Shown piece by piece: positions 1-8,437 of a stretch of DNA of 64,000 bases. Where the stretch lies: the NCBI GenBank assembly GCA_015065325.1, contig SVQO01000002.1:93005-157004 (forward strand). Reading direction: 5' to 3'. This stretch comes from Oscillospiraceae bacterium (lineage in GTDB: Bacteria > Bacillota > Clostridia > Oscillospirales > SIG627). A program made the position numbers and the translations under genes. The notes under the pieces are model-generated. The model saw only the letters and a list, made by a program, of their open reading frames with translations, ran no database searches and was not told where the DNA came from. The number at the start of each line of letters is the position of its first letter. Within the stretch, counting starts at the first letter, position 1.

Positions 1-1
1 C

Positions 2-991
2 GACCTTCGCCCCGACACGGGTAACTGTACCGTTTGCAAAAATCGGGAAGCCGAGCGTTACGATCTGATGCTCATCGGCCACGTGGATACGGTCTTTGCC
101 AAAGGAGAAACGGCTCGCCGTCCCTTCCGCCGCGACGAGAAGAATTGTTACGGCGTGGGCGTGATCGATATGAAGCAGGGATGCCTTTCCATGCTTCACA
201 TTCTGGAGGCTCTGCCCAAGGACGTAAACGAGGCACTGAATATCGTTGCCGTTTTCAATCCCGACGAGGAAGTAGGCTCCCCCTGGTCCCGTCCCGTTTT
301 GCAGCGCTACGCCGCCCTTTGCGACAAGATTTTCGTCTTTGAGGCAGGCGGATCAAACGGCGCAGTCACCGTGGAGCGCAAGGGATCCACCTTCCTGACA
401 GTAAAATTTATCGGAAAAGCAGGGCACGCAGGCTATATGCTGGATAAGCCCTTCCTGTCCGCAGTCACCGAGGCGGTGCATTGGATCAATACCCTTCACG
501 CTTTTCACTCCAAGGAGACCAATACCTCCGTCAACGTAGGCGTATTTCAGGCAGGCGAAAAGCGGAACGTGGTCGCTCCCGAGGCAAGGGTGGAATGGGA
601 TATCCGTTACAGCCGACCCGAAATGCGGGATCAGATCGACGAGTGCATCCGGGAGCTGAAAAAGCACGGAGAGGAAAACGGCTACGGCATTGAGATCGAG
701 CTGCACCGCTCCACCCCCGCCCTGGTTCCTACCGAAAAGACCCTTTGTTACGTGGAACGGATGCGAAGCATTGCCGAAAGAATGGGACGTCCCTTTTCTC
801 TGAAGAAGCGAGGCGGTCTCAGCGATGCCAACCATATGGCGGCGTATTGCGACGTATGCATCGACAGTCTGGGTCCCACGGGAGATTTCGATCACAGCGA
901 CAAGGAGTACCTTGCCATTCATACCATCCGTCCCTATACGGAATTTGCATACGAGCTGATCTGTGATTTGGCAAAGGATAAAATGAAATGA
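2..991 (+). CDS. M20 family zinc peptidase (carboxypeptidase G2-like); 5' end outside the window
   Basis: The frame is open from the window edge, with no stop between 2 and the first ATG at 68. LIGHVDTVF, GVIDMKQG and NPDEEVGS blocks match the metal-ligand regions of M20 peptidases. The stop overlaps the next start (ATGA at 988). Confidence 0.75.
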   Translation, partial: DLRPDTGNCTVCKNREAERYDLMLIGHVDTVFAKGETARRPFRRDEKNCYGVGVIDMKQGCLSMLHILEALPKDVNEALNIVAVFNPDEEVGSPWSRPVLQRYAALCDKIFVFEAGGSNGAVTVERKGSTFLTVKFIGKAGHAGYMLDKPFLSAVTEAVHWINTLHAFHSKETNTSVNVGVFQAGEKRNVVAPEARVEWDIRYSRPEMRDQIDECIRELKKHGEENGYGIEIELHRSTPALVPTEKTLCYVERMRSIAERMGRPFSLKKRGGLSDANHMAAYCDVCIDSLGPTGDFDHSDKEYLAIHTIRPYTEFAYELICDLAKDKMK

Positions 992-2322
992 TCTTTAAAA
1001 CCGACTATAAGCTGGAAAAATTTATTCTCAATACCCGCTGGGAGGATCTCCCCGACTGCGTTAAGGAGCGGGTGCGCGGGTGCTTCCTGGATCTTCTGGG
1101 AGCACTGCTCATCGGCAGTCACAGTGAGCAATTTGAGGCAGGTCTAAAGCTTGCGGAAAGCCTGTACGGTAAGGGAGAGATCCCCGTGATCGGCTCCGAC
1201 AAGACCTTTTCCTTTATGGGTGCCTCCTGCGCGATGGGACACAGCTCCAACGCTTACGATATCGACGACGGACACAACATTATCCGAGCCCATCCGGGTA
1301 CCTCCTTCATCGGCGGGATCCTGGCGGCGGCATACGAGAAAAACATCAGCAGAAACGAATTCTTCACCGCCCTGACGGTAGCCTACGAGACTTGCATCCG
1401 AAGCGGCGAAGCCATTATGGACTACTACAAGTATGCCCATTCCAGCGGCACCTTCGGAGCCGTGGGCGTTGCGGCAGGCGTTGGCAGGATCTACGGCTTT
1501 ACCCCCGAGGAAATGAATAACGTCCTTTCCGTAGCGGAATTCAACGCACCTCTGGTGCCCGGGATCCGCAGCGTGGAATATCCCTCCATGAATAAGGACG
1601 GTGTTCCCTTCGGTGTGATGATCGGTACTCTTGCCGTTATGGCGTCCATGAACGGCTTCCTGGGCAATAAAAATCTTCTGGAAGCAGAGGAATACAAGCA
1701 TTATCTGGACGATCTGGGTGAAAATTGGGAGATTATGAACCTGTATTTCAAGCCCTATACCTGTTGTCGCTGGGGACACCCCGCCATCGATGCCTGCATC
1801 GGTCTTTTAAACGAGCACGGAATCACCTATGAGGATATTGAACGGGTCAAGATCAAAACCTTCTATAAAGCGACCCAGCTCTCCAAGATCGTTCCCAAAA
1901 CCGCCGACGAGGCACAGTATAACATCGCTTACCCCGTTGCCGCCGCTCTGATCTATAAGGACTTCGGCTACGCACAGGTCTGCAAGGAAAATCTGGGCGA
2001 GAAGCGGGTCGTGGAAATGATGTCCCGCCTGTCCTTCGAGACCGATACCGAGCTGGATGCCCAATTCCCCGCAAAGCGCATCTGCCGTGCGGAGATCCTG
2101 ACCAAGGACGGCAGAACCCTGATCTCCCCCGAATGTGAGCCCCGCGGCGAAGCCTGTGAAAACATCCGTTTCTCCTGGCTTACCGATAAATTCCGCCGCA
2201 TCGCTTCCCCCGTCTGTACCGACGAGGGGATTGAGACCGCCATTGAGCTGATCTCGGCAGAGGAGGATATGCCCCTGCGCCAAATGGTGGATCGGATCAA
2301 TTCGGCAAAATTCAGAAAATAA
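988..2322 (+). CDS. MmgE/PrpD family protein (2-methylcitrate dehydratase-like)
   Basis: 444-aa ORF translationally coupled to the upstream gene. Length and blocks such as RAHPGTSFIGGILAAA and YAHSSGTFGAVGVAAG resemble the PrpD/MmgE family. Recognised by eye only. Confidence 0.7.
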   Translation: MIFKTDYKLEKFILNTRWEDLPDCVKERVRGCFLDLLGALLIGSHSEQFEAGLKLAESLYGKGEIPVIGSDKTFSFMGASCAMGHSSNAYDIDDGHNIIRAHPGTSFIGGILAAAYEKNISRNEFFTALTVAYETCIRSGEAIMDYYKYAHSSGTFGAVGVAAGVGRIYGFTPEEMNNVLSVAEFNAPLVPGIRSVEYPSMNKDGVPFGVMIGTLAVMASMNGFLGNKNLLEAEEYKHYLDDLGENWEIMNLYFKPYTCCRWGHPAIDACIGLLNEHGITYEDIERVKIKTFYKATQLSKIVPKTADEAQYNIAYPVAAALIYKDFGYAQVCKENLGEKRVVEMMSRLSFETDTELDAQFPAKRICRAEILTKDGRTLISPECEPRGEACENIRFSWLTDKFRRIASPVCTDEGIETAIELISAEEDMPLRQMVDRINSAKFRK

Positions 2323-2339
2323 CTTTCAAAAAGCAAAAA

Positions 2340-2367
2340 GGCTTTCCGATGATCGGAAAGCCTTTTT
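2340..2367 (+). terminator. Rho-independent terminator after the PrpD-like gene
   Basis: Perfect 10-bp stem GGCTTTCCGA / TCGGAAAGCC with loop TGA, followed by TTTTT. Confidence 0.8.
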
Positions 2368-2410
2368 CGTATGTGTACTTTTGTTCTTGAAACCGTCTGC
2401 ACATTTTATC

Positions 2411-2758
2411 GCGCCTTGACGAAGCTGCTATCACCGATTTGCGCAGTAAAAAGGAGCGAGACGAGGCGCACAAGGGAAGGTCGAGTGAGTTTACTTCTGT
2501 AAATGATCGAGACTTTCTTCGCGGTGCAACGAAGTCGCAGCCGATTTGCGCAGTAAAAACCAGCGAGACGAGGCGCACAAGGGAAGGTCGAGTGAGTTTA
2601 CTACTGTAAATGATCGAGACTTTCTTCGCGGCGCAACGAAGTCGCAGCCGATTTGCGCAGTAAAAACGAGCGAGACGAGGCGCACAAGGGAAGGTCGAGT
2701 GAGTTTACTACTGTAAATGATCGAGACTTTCTTCGCGGTGCAACGAAGTCGCAGCCGT
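2411..2758. repeat. 107-bp tandem repeat, about 3.2 copies, in a convergent intergenic region
   Basis: The marker AAATGATCGA recurs at 2501, 2608 and 2715 (period 107). Full units start at 2521 and 2628, with a diverged copy from about 2411 and a partial copy at 2735..2758. The whole unit is reiterated, so there are no unique spacers. Confidence 0.9.
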
Positions 2759-3889
2759 TTTTACAAAGCAAATTTTGACTCTTGGTAAAAACGTGCACAA
2801 CACCTCGTAAGAAAAGGAATTAGCCCATTCGCCCAAAAGTTCGGCGGAAATTTCGGTTTCACCGCTTTTACCCATAACGGTCACTTCATCGCCTACTTTT
2901 GTTTCGGGGATAGAGGTCACGTCCACCATCATCTGATCCATGCAGATCCGTCCTACGACGGGGGCGGGGACACCGCCGATCAGCACGTAACCTTTTCCGG
3001 AGATACAGCGATTGTAGCCGTCTGCGTAACCGATACTGACGGTGGCAATGCGGCGACGTGTGGGTGCAACGTAGGTATGACCGTAGCCGATGGGGGTTCC
3101 CTGTTCCACGGTCTTTACGTGGATCACCTTGCTTTTTACCGTCATTGCACGCTCAAGCCGCAGAGGAAGGGGCATTTTCGGATCGGGAGAATAGCCGTAG
3201 AGAGAAATGCCGAAGCGGCAAAGATCGTATTTTCGTTTCATCCGCAGAGTGGCGGCGCTATTGCAAATATGACGCAGAGGGGGACGAAGACCGCGATCCT
3301 CTAAAAGGGCAAGGAAACGGTCGAATTTTGCTTCCTGCTCCAAGGCGGAGTCAAGGCTTTCTTCATCGGCGCAGGCGTAATGGCTGAAAACGCCTTCCAA
3401 AAGAAGCCCTTTCATAGACGCAAGCCTTGCCGCTTGGTCTGCGCCTGCGGGATCGGGGGAAAAGCCAATGCGACCCATTCCCGTATCCACGGCAATATGT
3501 ACCCGCGCCCTTTTGCTTCGTGACAGGGCAACTTGCGAAAGCGCGGCGGCACCATCCGTATCGTAAAGGGTGGCGGTCAGATCCTGTTCCACCAATTCTC
3601 CGTAACGGGCAGGAGACGTGTAGCCCAGGATCAAGATGGGCTTTTTGATTCCCGCCCCCCGCAGCTCTGCCGCCTCGTCGATACAGGCAACGGCAAAGTA
3701 ATCCGCCCGCTCCTCCAACGCCCTTGCAACGGGAACGGCTCCGTGCCCGTAGGCATTTGCCTTGACCACCGCCATTTTCTTCACCTCGGAGGGCAAAAGG
3801 GAGGACAGAGCGTCGAAATTGTGCAGGATCGCATCCATTTCTATTTCCGCATAGGTACGGTCACAAATAATTTCCGATTTTAATTGCAT
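2708..3889 (-). CDS. alr: Alanine racemase
   Basis: 393 aa with the AVVKANAYGHG PLP-lysine motif near the N-terminus and the usual ...GYADGY... and ...RICMDQ... blocks. The last ~20 codons (KTAATSLHREESLDHLQ) are encoded by the 107-bp repeat. Confidence 0.9.
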   Translation of the reverse strand: MQLKSEIICDRTYAEIEMDAILHNFDALSSLLPSEVKKMAVVKANAYGHGAVPVARALEERADYFAVACIDEAAELRGAGIKKPILILGYTSPARYGELVEQDLTATLYDTDGAAALSQVALSRSKRARVHIAVDTGMGRIGFSPDPAGADQAARLASMKGLLLEGVFSHYACADEESLDSALEQEAKFDRFLALLEDRGLRPPLRHICNSAATLRMKRKYDLCRFGISLYGYSPDPKMPLPLRLERAMTVKSKVIHVKTVEQGTPIGYGHTYVAPTRRRIATVSIGYADGYNRCISGKGYVLIGGVPAPVVGRICMDQMMVDVTSIPETKVGDEVTVMGKSGETEISAELLGEWANSFSYEVLCTFLPRVKICFVKTAATSLHREESLDHLQ

Positions 3890-3910
3890 GCAATCTCCTC
3901 AAGGGTGTTT

Positions 3911-5458
3911 TCAGGGAAGCAAAGCTCCGCTGAAAACGGTAGGCTTTTCACCGTTGGAAAGCTGAACACGGATCTCCACGGTGTTTTCGCCCGTTGCCAG
4001 CTCTTGAATTCCATCGGTCATGGTCCGATAATTTCCGTTTTCGTCCTTCGTCCAGGTGCTGTTGTTGTACGTCATACTCACCTCTCGCAGAGACGCCACC
4101 GTAGCGCGGTACACGTTTTCTTTCAACACGTTGCCGTCCTTGTCCTTCACCGTAACGAACACGTCGGAAACGGTGTAGTTGGAGCCGATATTCATTGCGG
4201 AAAGCTGAGCAAAGGTCAGAGCCGTGGTACCTTCGGGCAGATTGGTGAAGATCTGAGACTTCTCCACTGCCGCGCCGCTCATTGCGCGGATCTCCTCGCG
4301 GGTGAAGGAAAACAGCTTGTAGCGAGACTCAAAGGGAGCTACCGCGTAGGTGGTGTAAAGATCCAGCAGTTTTTTGTCTCCCTCGTCGGCAGGATCGAGA
4401 AATTCCGCAAAAGTAAAGGGGATGTAGGTCTGCTTCTGCAGAGCAGTGAAGGTATAGGGGCACTCGGTCTCGCCCTGATAATACAGATACTTACCGTTTA
4501 CGATCTGCTCAGGACGCCAAGCCTCGGGCTGTTCCAGACAGATGACCACACTGTTGGCGTAGTCAATGGAGCCGTCGGGAAGCTTCTTCATCTGTACCTC
4601 GCGTACCATCATGGTATGTCCGCTGCTGACCAGAAGATCTGCAGGGCGAAGCTGTGCGTAGCACTTGAACATTCCGTCCTCGCCGTTTGCCGCGTTCCAG
4701 TCGCGGATCACGTCCACCGTATCGTACTTGGTCGGGTTATTTGCGGTCTGTACGCCGAACTGGTCGATTTTTTCCATATTGGGATAGGTATATCCCACGG
4801 GAATAAAGCCGTTGGTCAGGGTCATATAGGCAGTTCCGTTGAAATTCGCGGAATTTACGGTTCTTGCCCAGCCCCAGAAGGATCCCCAGGAGCACTGATT
4901 AAAGAAGGTCATCATGCAGCGGTATTTTTTGTACAAATATCCGCCGCGCTGTTCCTGGTCGATCATAGCGCCGTTTTCTTCTCCGTATCCGCCGTTTTCC
5001 GCAAAGGCGCGCTCCAGATCCATTACGGCAGTTTCCTCGTCATAGTATTCCAACCAGCGGTAAAGGCTTCCCATTCCCTTGCTTTGATAAGGGATGCCGC
5101 CGTAGACGTAAAGAGGAGAGATCTTCTTGCGGCTTTTGCCGTAGGTCATATGGTAATCCTTGATCTCCATATTGGAGGTCCAGTGGAAGGTCAACTGCAG
5201 ATTAAAAAAGTCGATGGCAAGTTGGCGGCGATCCTCGATGGACATATCCTCGGTCACGATGGGAAAAGCCTCTACGTCTGCCCGGCGCAAACGGTTGGGA
5301 AGATACTCCTGCTCGGGTTTCTTCGCTTCCTCCTTCTTTTCCTCGGTCTTTTGAGGCACCGCAGTTGCGGTGGTCTTCTCATCCTCTGCACAGCCGGGGA
5401 GCAAGGTGATCAGGGATGAAAGCGCCAAAACCAAAGCGATCAAACGAAATTTTTTCAC
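3911..5458 (-). CDS. Lipoprotein, putative Cys-His hydrolase (CHAP/NlpC-P60-like signature); paralog of 41950..43320
   Basis: GTG start at 5458 lies 8 nt after GGAGG; the tracked ATG at 5530 has no RBS. Signal peptide with lipobox LLPGC. The NQCSWGSFWGWARTVN and SSGHTMMV blocks suggest a papain-like Cys/His pair (inference). Sits directly upstream of alr on the same strand. Confidence 0.6.
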   Translation of the reverse strand: MKKFRLIALVLALSSLITLLPGCAEDEKTTATAVPQKTEEKKEEAKKPEQEYLPNRLRRADVEAFPIVTEDMSIEDRRQLAIDFFNLQLTFHWTSNMEIKDYHMTYGKSRKKISPLYVYGGIPYQSKGMGSLYRWLEYYDEETAVMDLERAFAENGGYGEENGAMIDQEQRGGYLYKKYRCMMTFFNQCSWGSFWGWARTVNSANFNGTAYMTLTNGFIPVGYTYPNMEKIDQFGVQTANNPTKYDTVDVIRDWNAANGEDGMFKCYAQLRPADLLVSSGHTMMVREVQMKKLPDGSIDYANSVVICLEQPEAWRPEQIVNGKYLYYQGETECPYTFTALQKQTYIPFTFAEFLDPADEGDKKLLDLYTTYAVAPFESRYKLFSFTREEIRAMSGAAVEKSQIFTNLPEGTTALTFAQLSAMNIGSNYTVSDVFVTVKDKDGNVLKENVYRATVASLREVSMTYNNSTWTKDENGNYRTMTDGIQELATGENTVEIRVQLSNGEKPTVFSGALLP

Positions 5459-5539
5459 AAATAAAACCTCCTGAAAAGCAATTTGGGGAAAATGCTTTCT
5501 TATTATACCACTTTTCCCCAAAGCTTTCAAGAGGTATTT

Positions 5540-5974
5540 TTACAGATAGGAACGCAGGTCCACCGCCAGCTTTTCTTCCAAGGCGATCAGCCTTTTTGCA
5601 ATATCCTTGGCGCTTTCGTCCGCCGCCTTATATTGGTTCAGGTAGCGGCTCAGGGACTTGACCCCCATATTGCATCCGTCAGTCATCAGCTCCGCTACGG
5701 TGCTGTCCGAGTCCTTCATCCGCATTTTCCACTCGGTCTTCAGCTTACTCATTCCCTCTGCAATGGGATTGGGGTCCTTGCCGTCATCCTTAAATCGGTC
5801 CAGGGCATCCTCAATTTCTCGGCAAAGCTTTTCGTGCTCTTTTTTACAGTTTACCAAAATCTCCTTCATATCGGGATGGCGCACTTGATTTCTCACGTCG
5901 TCCAGGGACTCGATCCCCATTTGCACCCCTGCGTCGCATTCTCTCAGTAGTCGGATCGTATCTTGTTCTATCAT
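5540..5974 (-). CDS. Hypothetical small helical cytoplasmic protein
   Basis: 144-aa ORF preceded by GGAGG (GGAGGTTTTTCCATG). Charged, helix-prone sequence with no signal peptide and no family recognised. Confidence 0.55.
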   Translation of the reverse strand: MIEQDTIRLLRECDAGVQMGIESLDDVRNQVRHPDMKEILVNCKKEHEKLCREIEDALDRFKDDGKDPNPIAEGMSKLKTEWKMRMKDSDSTVAELMTDGCNMGVKSLSRYLNQYKAADESAKDIAKRLIALEEKLAVDLRSYL

Positions 5975-6030
5975 GGAAAAACCTCCTTTTTTTCTCTAGT
6001 ATGCCACGAAAAAAAGGATTTCATTCCCAC

Positions 6031-6064
6031 AAAAAAAACTGCGATCCGAGGATCGCAGTTTTCT
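6031..6064 (-). terminator. Terminator of the 6069..8315 gene
   Basis: 10-bp stem AACTGCGATC / GATCGCAGTT with loop CGAG. Flanked by an A-run on the plus strand, which is a T-run on the minus-strand transcript. Confidence 0.75.
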
Positions 6065-6068
6065 CAAT

Positions 6069-8315
6069 TTATTTCCCGGGGAAAAGCGGGTAGTTTTCCT
6101 TGAAGTTGACGTAGAACAGAAGATAAATGGCATCGTCCGAATCCACCTCTCCGCTGGAGTCAAAGTCTGCAGGCTGGCCGAGGGAATACGACTCGGGGAA
6201 GTTGATGGCAAAGAGAAGGTGAATGGCATCCTCCAAAGTAACCTCACCGTTGCCGTCCGTATCGCCCACCACGTAAGGAGGTCTCTCAAAGCCGCAAGCG
6301 TCGCAGATCAGATCGGTGTGATCATCGTAGGCGTGCGGTGTGCGGCTGCTTTCATCGATCGCGGAGCAGACGGAGCACTTCATCCAGTGATTCTCGTCGT
6401 CCTTATCCCGAACCGAGTAATCGTGGGTGATGACTCTTACGTTGTCGCAAGCGTCGCAGGTGGTATCGCAGGCGTTGTCGTAGGTATGAGCGGTGCGGCT
6501 GCTTTCGTCGATCGCGGAGCAAACGGAGCACTTCATCCAGTGATTCTCGTCGTCCTTGTCACGAACCGAGTAATCGTGGGTGATGACTCTTACGTTGTCG
6601 CAAGCGTCGCAGGTGGTATCGCAGGCGTTGTCGTAGCCGTGGGGGGCACGGCTGCTTTCGTCGATCGCAGAGCAGACGGAGCACTTCATCCAGTGATTCT
6701 CGTCGTCCTTGTCACGAACCGAGTAATCGTGGGTAATGACTCTTACGTTGTCGCAAGCGTCGCAGGTGGTATCGCAGGCGTTGTCGTAGCCGTGGGGGGC
6801 ACGGCTGCTTTCGTCAATTGCGGAGCAAACGGAGCACTTCATCCAGTGGGTCTCATCGTCCTTGTCACGAACCGAGTAATCGTGGGTGATGACTCTTACG
6901 TTGTCGCAAGCGTTGCAGGTGGTATCGCAGGCGTTGTCGTAGGTATGAGCGGTGCGGCTGCTTTCGTCAATTGCGGAGCAGACGGAGCACTTCATCCAGT
7001 GATTCTCGTCGTCCTTGTCACGAACCGAGTAATCGTGGGTAATGACTCTCACGTTGTCGCAAACGTCGCAGGTGGTATCGCAGGCGTTGTCGTAGCCGTG
7101 GGGGGCACGGGTGCTTTCATCTGCGGCAGAGCAGACAGAGCACTTCATCCAGTGGGTCTCGTCGTCCTTGTCACGAACCGAGTAATCGTGGGTAACGGTT
7201 CTTTCGTATCCGCAGTCATCACAGACGGCGTCGCAGGAATTGGTATAGCCGTGGGAGGTCACGTTGAACCGTTCGGTACAGCCGGCGGTTTCACAAAGGC
7301 TCCAATGGCCGTTTTCATCTCCTTCGAATACAGCGGAAGCCTTGCACTCGTGGACGGTAACCGTAGCGGTGGAGATCACGCAGTCCCCTGCCTTGCGAAG
7401 CTCGGGAACGATCTGATAATCGTCAAAGACGGCGTCTTCCTTCGCCTTCAGAACCAGCGTAAACACGTCACCGGAAAGGGAAAATTCAGAAGTAGCCGCA
7501 AACACGGCTTCCTTCTCGGGATTGACGGATTGCAGGGTTGCCTTTTCCAAAATGGTTTCGCTCCAGGTGCCCGATACCCACTCAAAGGCGGAAGGATCGT
7601 AGGCGCCGCGGAAATCCATACCGAAACCTCTGACCGTCACGGGAGAGGCGTTGGTCAGGGCGAAGGTCATCTGCACCTGATCGCCGCGATGAATGACATA
7701 ACGGTTGGTGGGCAGAGCACGGACAGCTCCGCAAGCAGAGCAGGTAGTATCCTGAGCTCCGTCGTATTGATGCTTGACGTAGCGCTTGGCGCTGCAAGCG
7801 TTACAGACGCTGTCACAAGCATTGTCATAGGTATGAGGCAGAGAAACGGTATCCCCCTCCGCGACGGCATCCAGTTTGCTGCTGGGAAGGACCTTGATCT
7901 CATAGCTTTCGGCGCAGGTCAGCGAAACCAAAGGCTTGAGCACGATGGAAAATATATCGCCGGAAACGTCAAAAGAACTCATGCCGCCGAAGGCTGCCTG
8001 GGTTCCGGGATTGACAGGCGTCAGCATAGAGCCTGCCTTTACCTGCTGAGACCAGTCACCGCTGACCCACTCGAAAACGGTGTGATCGTAGGCAGTGGCA
8101 TAGTCCAAACCAAAGCCTTGGGTATGGACCGTGGTATTGAGGGAAACGGTTACGGTAACAGTGCCGTCTTCTGCATAATTGTCGGTGGAAACACGGGTCT
8201 TCAGCACCACCTCGGACGCGGCGTTGCCTTCCGTTGCAAGAGGAATTCCCGCCACGGGACCAAGCACCAGGAGAAAAGCCATGAAGAAAGCAGTCAGTTT
8301 CTTGGTTACTCGCAT
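6069..8315 (-). CDS. Secreted scaffoldin-like protein: two cohesin-like domains, Cys/His-rich 51-aa repeats, C-terminal dockerin-like module
   Basis: Signal peptide MRVTKKLTAFFMAFLLVLGPVAG. Two segments fit the cohesin pattern (GTVTVTVSL..QGFGLDY..YDHTVFEWVSG and VQMTFALT..RGFGMDF..YDPSAFEWVSG). At least 6 near-identical repeats HDYSVRDKDDENHWMKCSVCSA..HGYDNACDTTCDACDNVRVIT. The C-terminus has paired calcium-loop-like segments GDTDGNGEVTLEDAIHLLF and ADFDSSGEVDSDDAIYLLF. Confidence 0.8.
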   Translation of the reverse strand: MRVTKKLTAFFMAFLLVLGPVAGIPLATEGNAASEVVLKTRVSTDNYAEDGTVTVTVSLNTTVHTQGFGLDYATAYDHTVFEWVSGDWSQQVKAGSMLTPVNPGTQAAFGGMSSFDVSGDIFSIVLKPLVSLTCAESYEIKVLPSSKLDAVAEGDTVSLPHTYDNACDSVCNACSAKRYVKHQYDGAQDTTCSACGAVRALPTNRYVIHRGDQVQMTFALTNASPVTVRGFGMDFRGAYDPSAFEWVSGTWSETILEKATLQSVNPEKEAVFAATSEFSLSGDVFTLVLKAKEDAVFDDYQIVPELRKAGDCVISTATVTVHECKASAVFEGDENGHWSLCETAGCTERFNVTSHGYTNSCDAVCDDCGYERTVTHDYSVRDKDDETHWMKCSVCSAADESTRAPHGYDNACDTTCDVCDNVRVITHDYSVRDKDDENHWMKCSVCSAIDESSRTAHTYDNACDTTCNACDNVRVITHDYSVRDKDDETHWMKCSVCSAIDESSRAPHGYDNACDTTCDACDNVRVITHDYSVRDKDDENHWMKCSVCSAIDESSRAPHGYDNACDTTCDACDNVRVITHDYSVRDKDDENHWMKCSVCSAIDESSRTAHTYDNACDTTCDACDNVRVITHDYSVRDKDDENHWMKCSVCSAIDESSRTPHAYDDHTDLICDACGFERPPYVVGDTDGNGEVTLEDAIHLLFAINFPESYSLGQPADFDSSGEVDSDDAIYLLFYVNFKENYPLFPGK
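6276..7193 (-). repeat. Six in-frame 153-bp tandem coding repeats (51-aa Cys/His-rich module)
   Basis: The marker CATCCAGTG (codons H-W-M on the minus strand) recurs at 6381, 6534, 6687, 6840, 6993 and 7146, an exact 153-nt period. The copies are nearly identical at nucleotide level. Confidence 0.9.
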
Positions 8316-8368
8316 ATTTGTTCTCCTTATCGTTTTTTATCCCCTGAAAAAGGGTAGAATACAGAACT

Positions 8369-8397
8369 ATTGTATCGTTTTTTCCTTTTTCTGTCAA
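8369..8397 (-). promoter_or_regulatory. Sigma-A-type promoter for 6069..8315
   Basis: The minus strand reads TTGACA, a 17-nt spacer, then TACAAT. Confidence 0.65.
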
Positions 8398-8437
8398 GAT
8401 AGAAATTCATCGAAAAGCTTCCGACGGACTGCCAATT

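Noticed and set aside
2411-2758. Possible CRISPR array
   Set aside because: The whole 107-bp unit is repeated, including what would have to be spacers. There are no unique spacers and no cas genes in the window.
3884-5419. 511-aa plus-strand ORF opposite the 3911..5458 lipoprotein gene, and a 550-aa minus-strand ORF at 10815..12467
   Set aside because: These are shadow ORFs without start context. The opposite-strand genes have RBSs and recognisable signal or family motifs.
6276-7193. 153-bp repeats as a mobile element or non-coding satellite
   Set aside because: The period is a multiple of three and is kept in frame inside a long ORF that has a signal peptide and dockerin. The repeats encode a coherent Cys/His module.
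6219-8357. 712-aa ORF antisense to the cohesin/dockerin repeat protein
   Set aside because: Its periodic VVGxSGAAAFVDRGA sequence merely mirrors the 153-bp coding repeat on the minus strand. The minus-strand product has a signal peptide, promoter, RBS and terminator.
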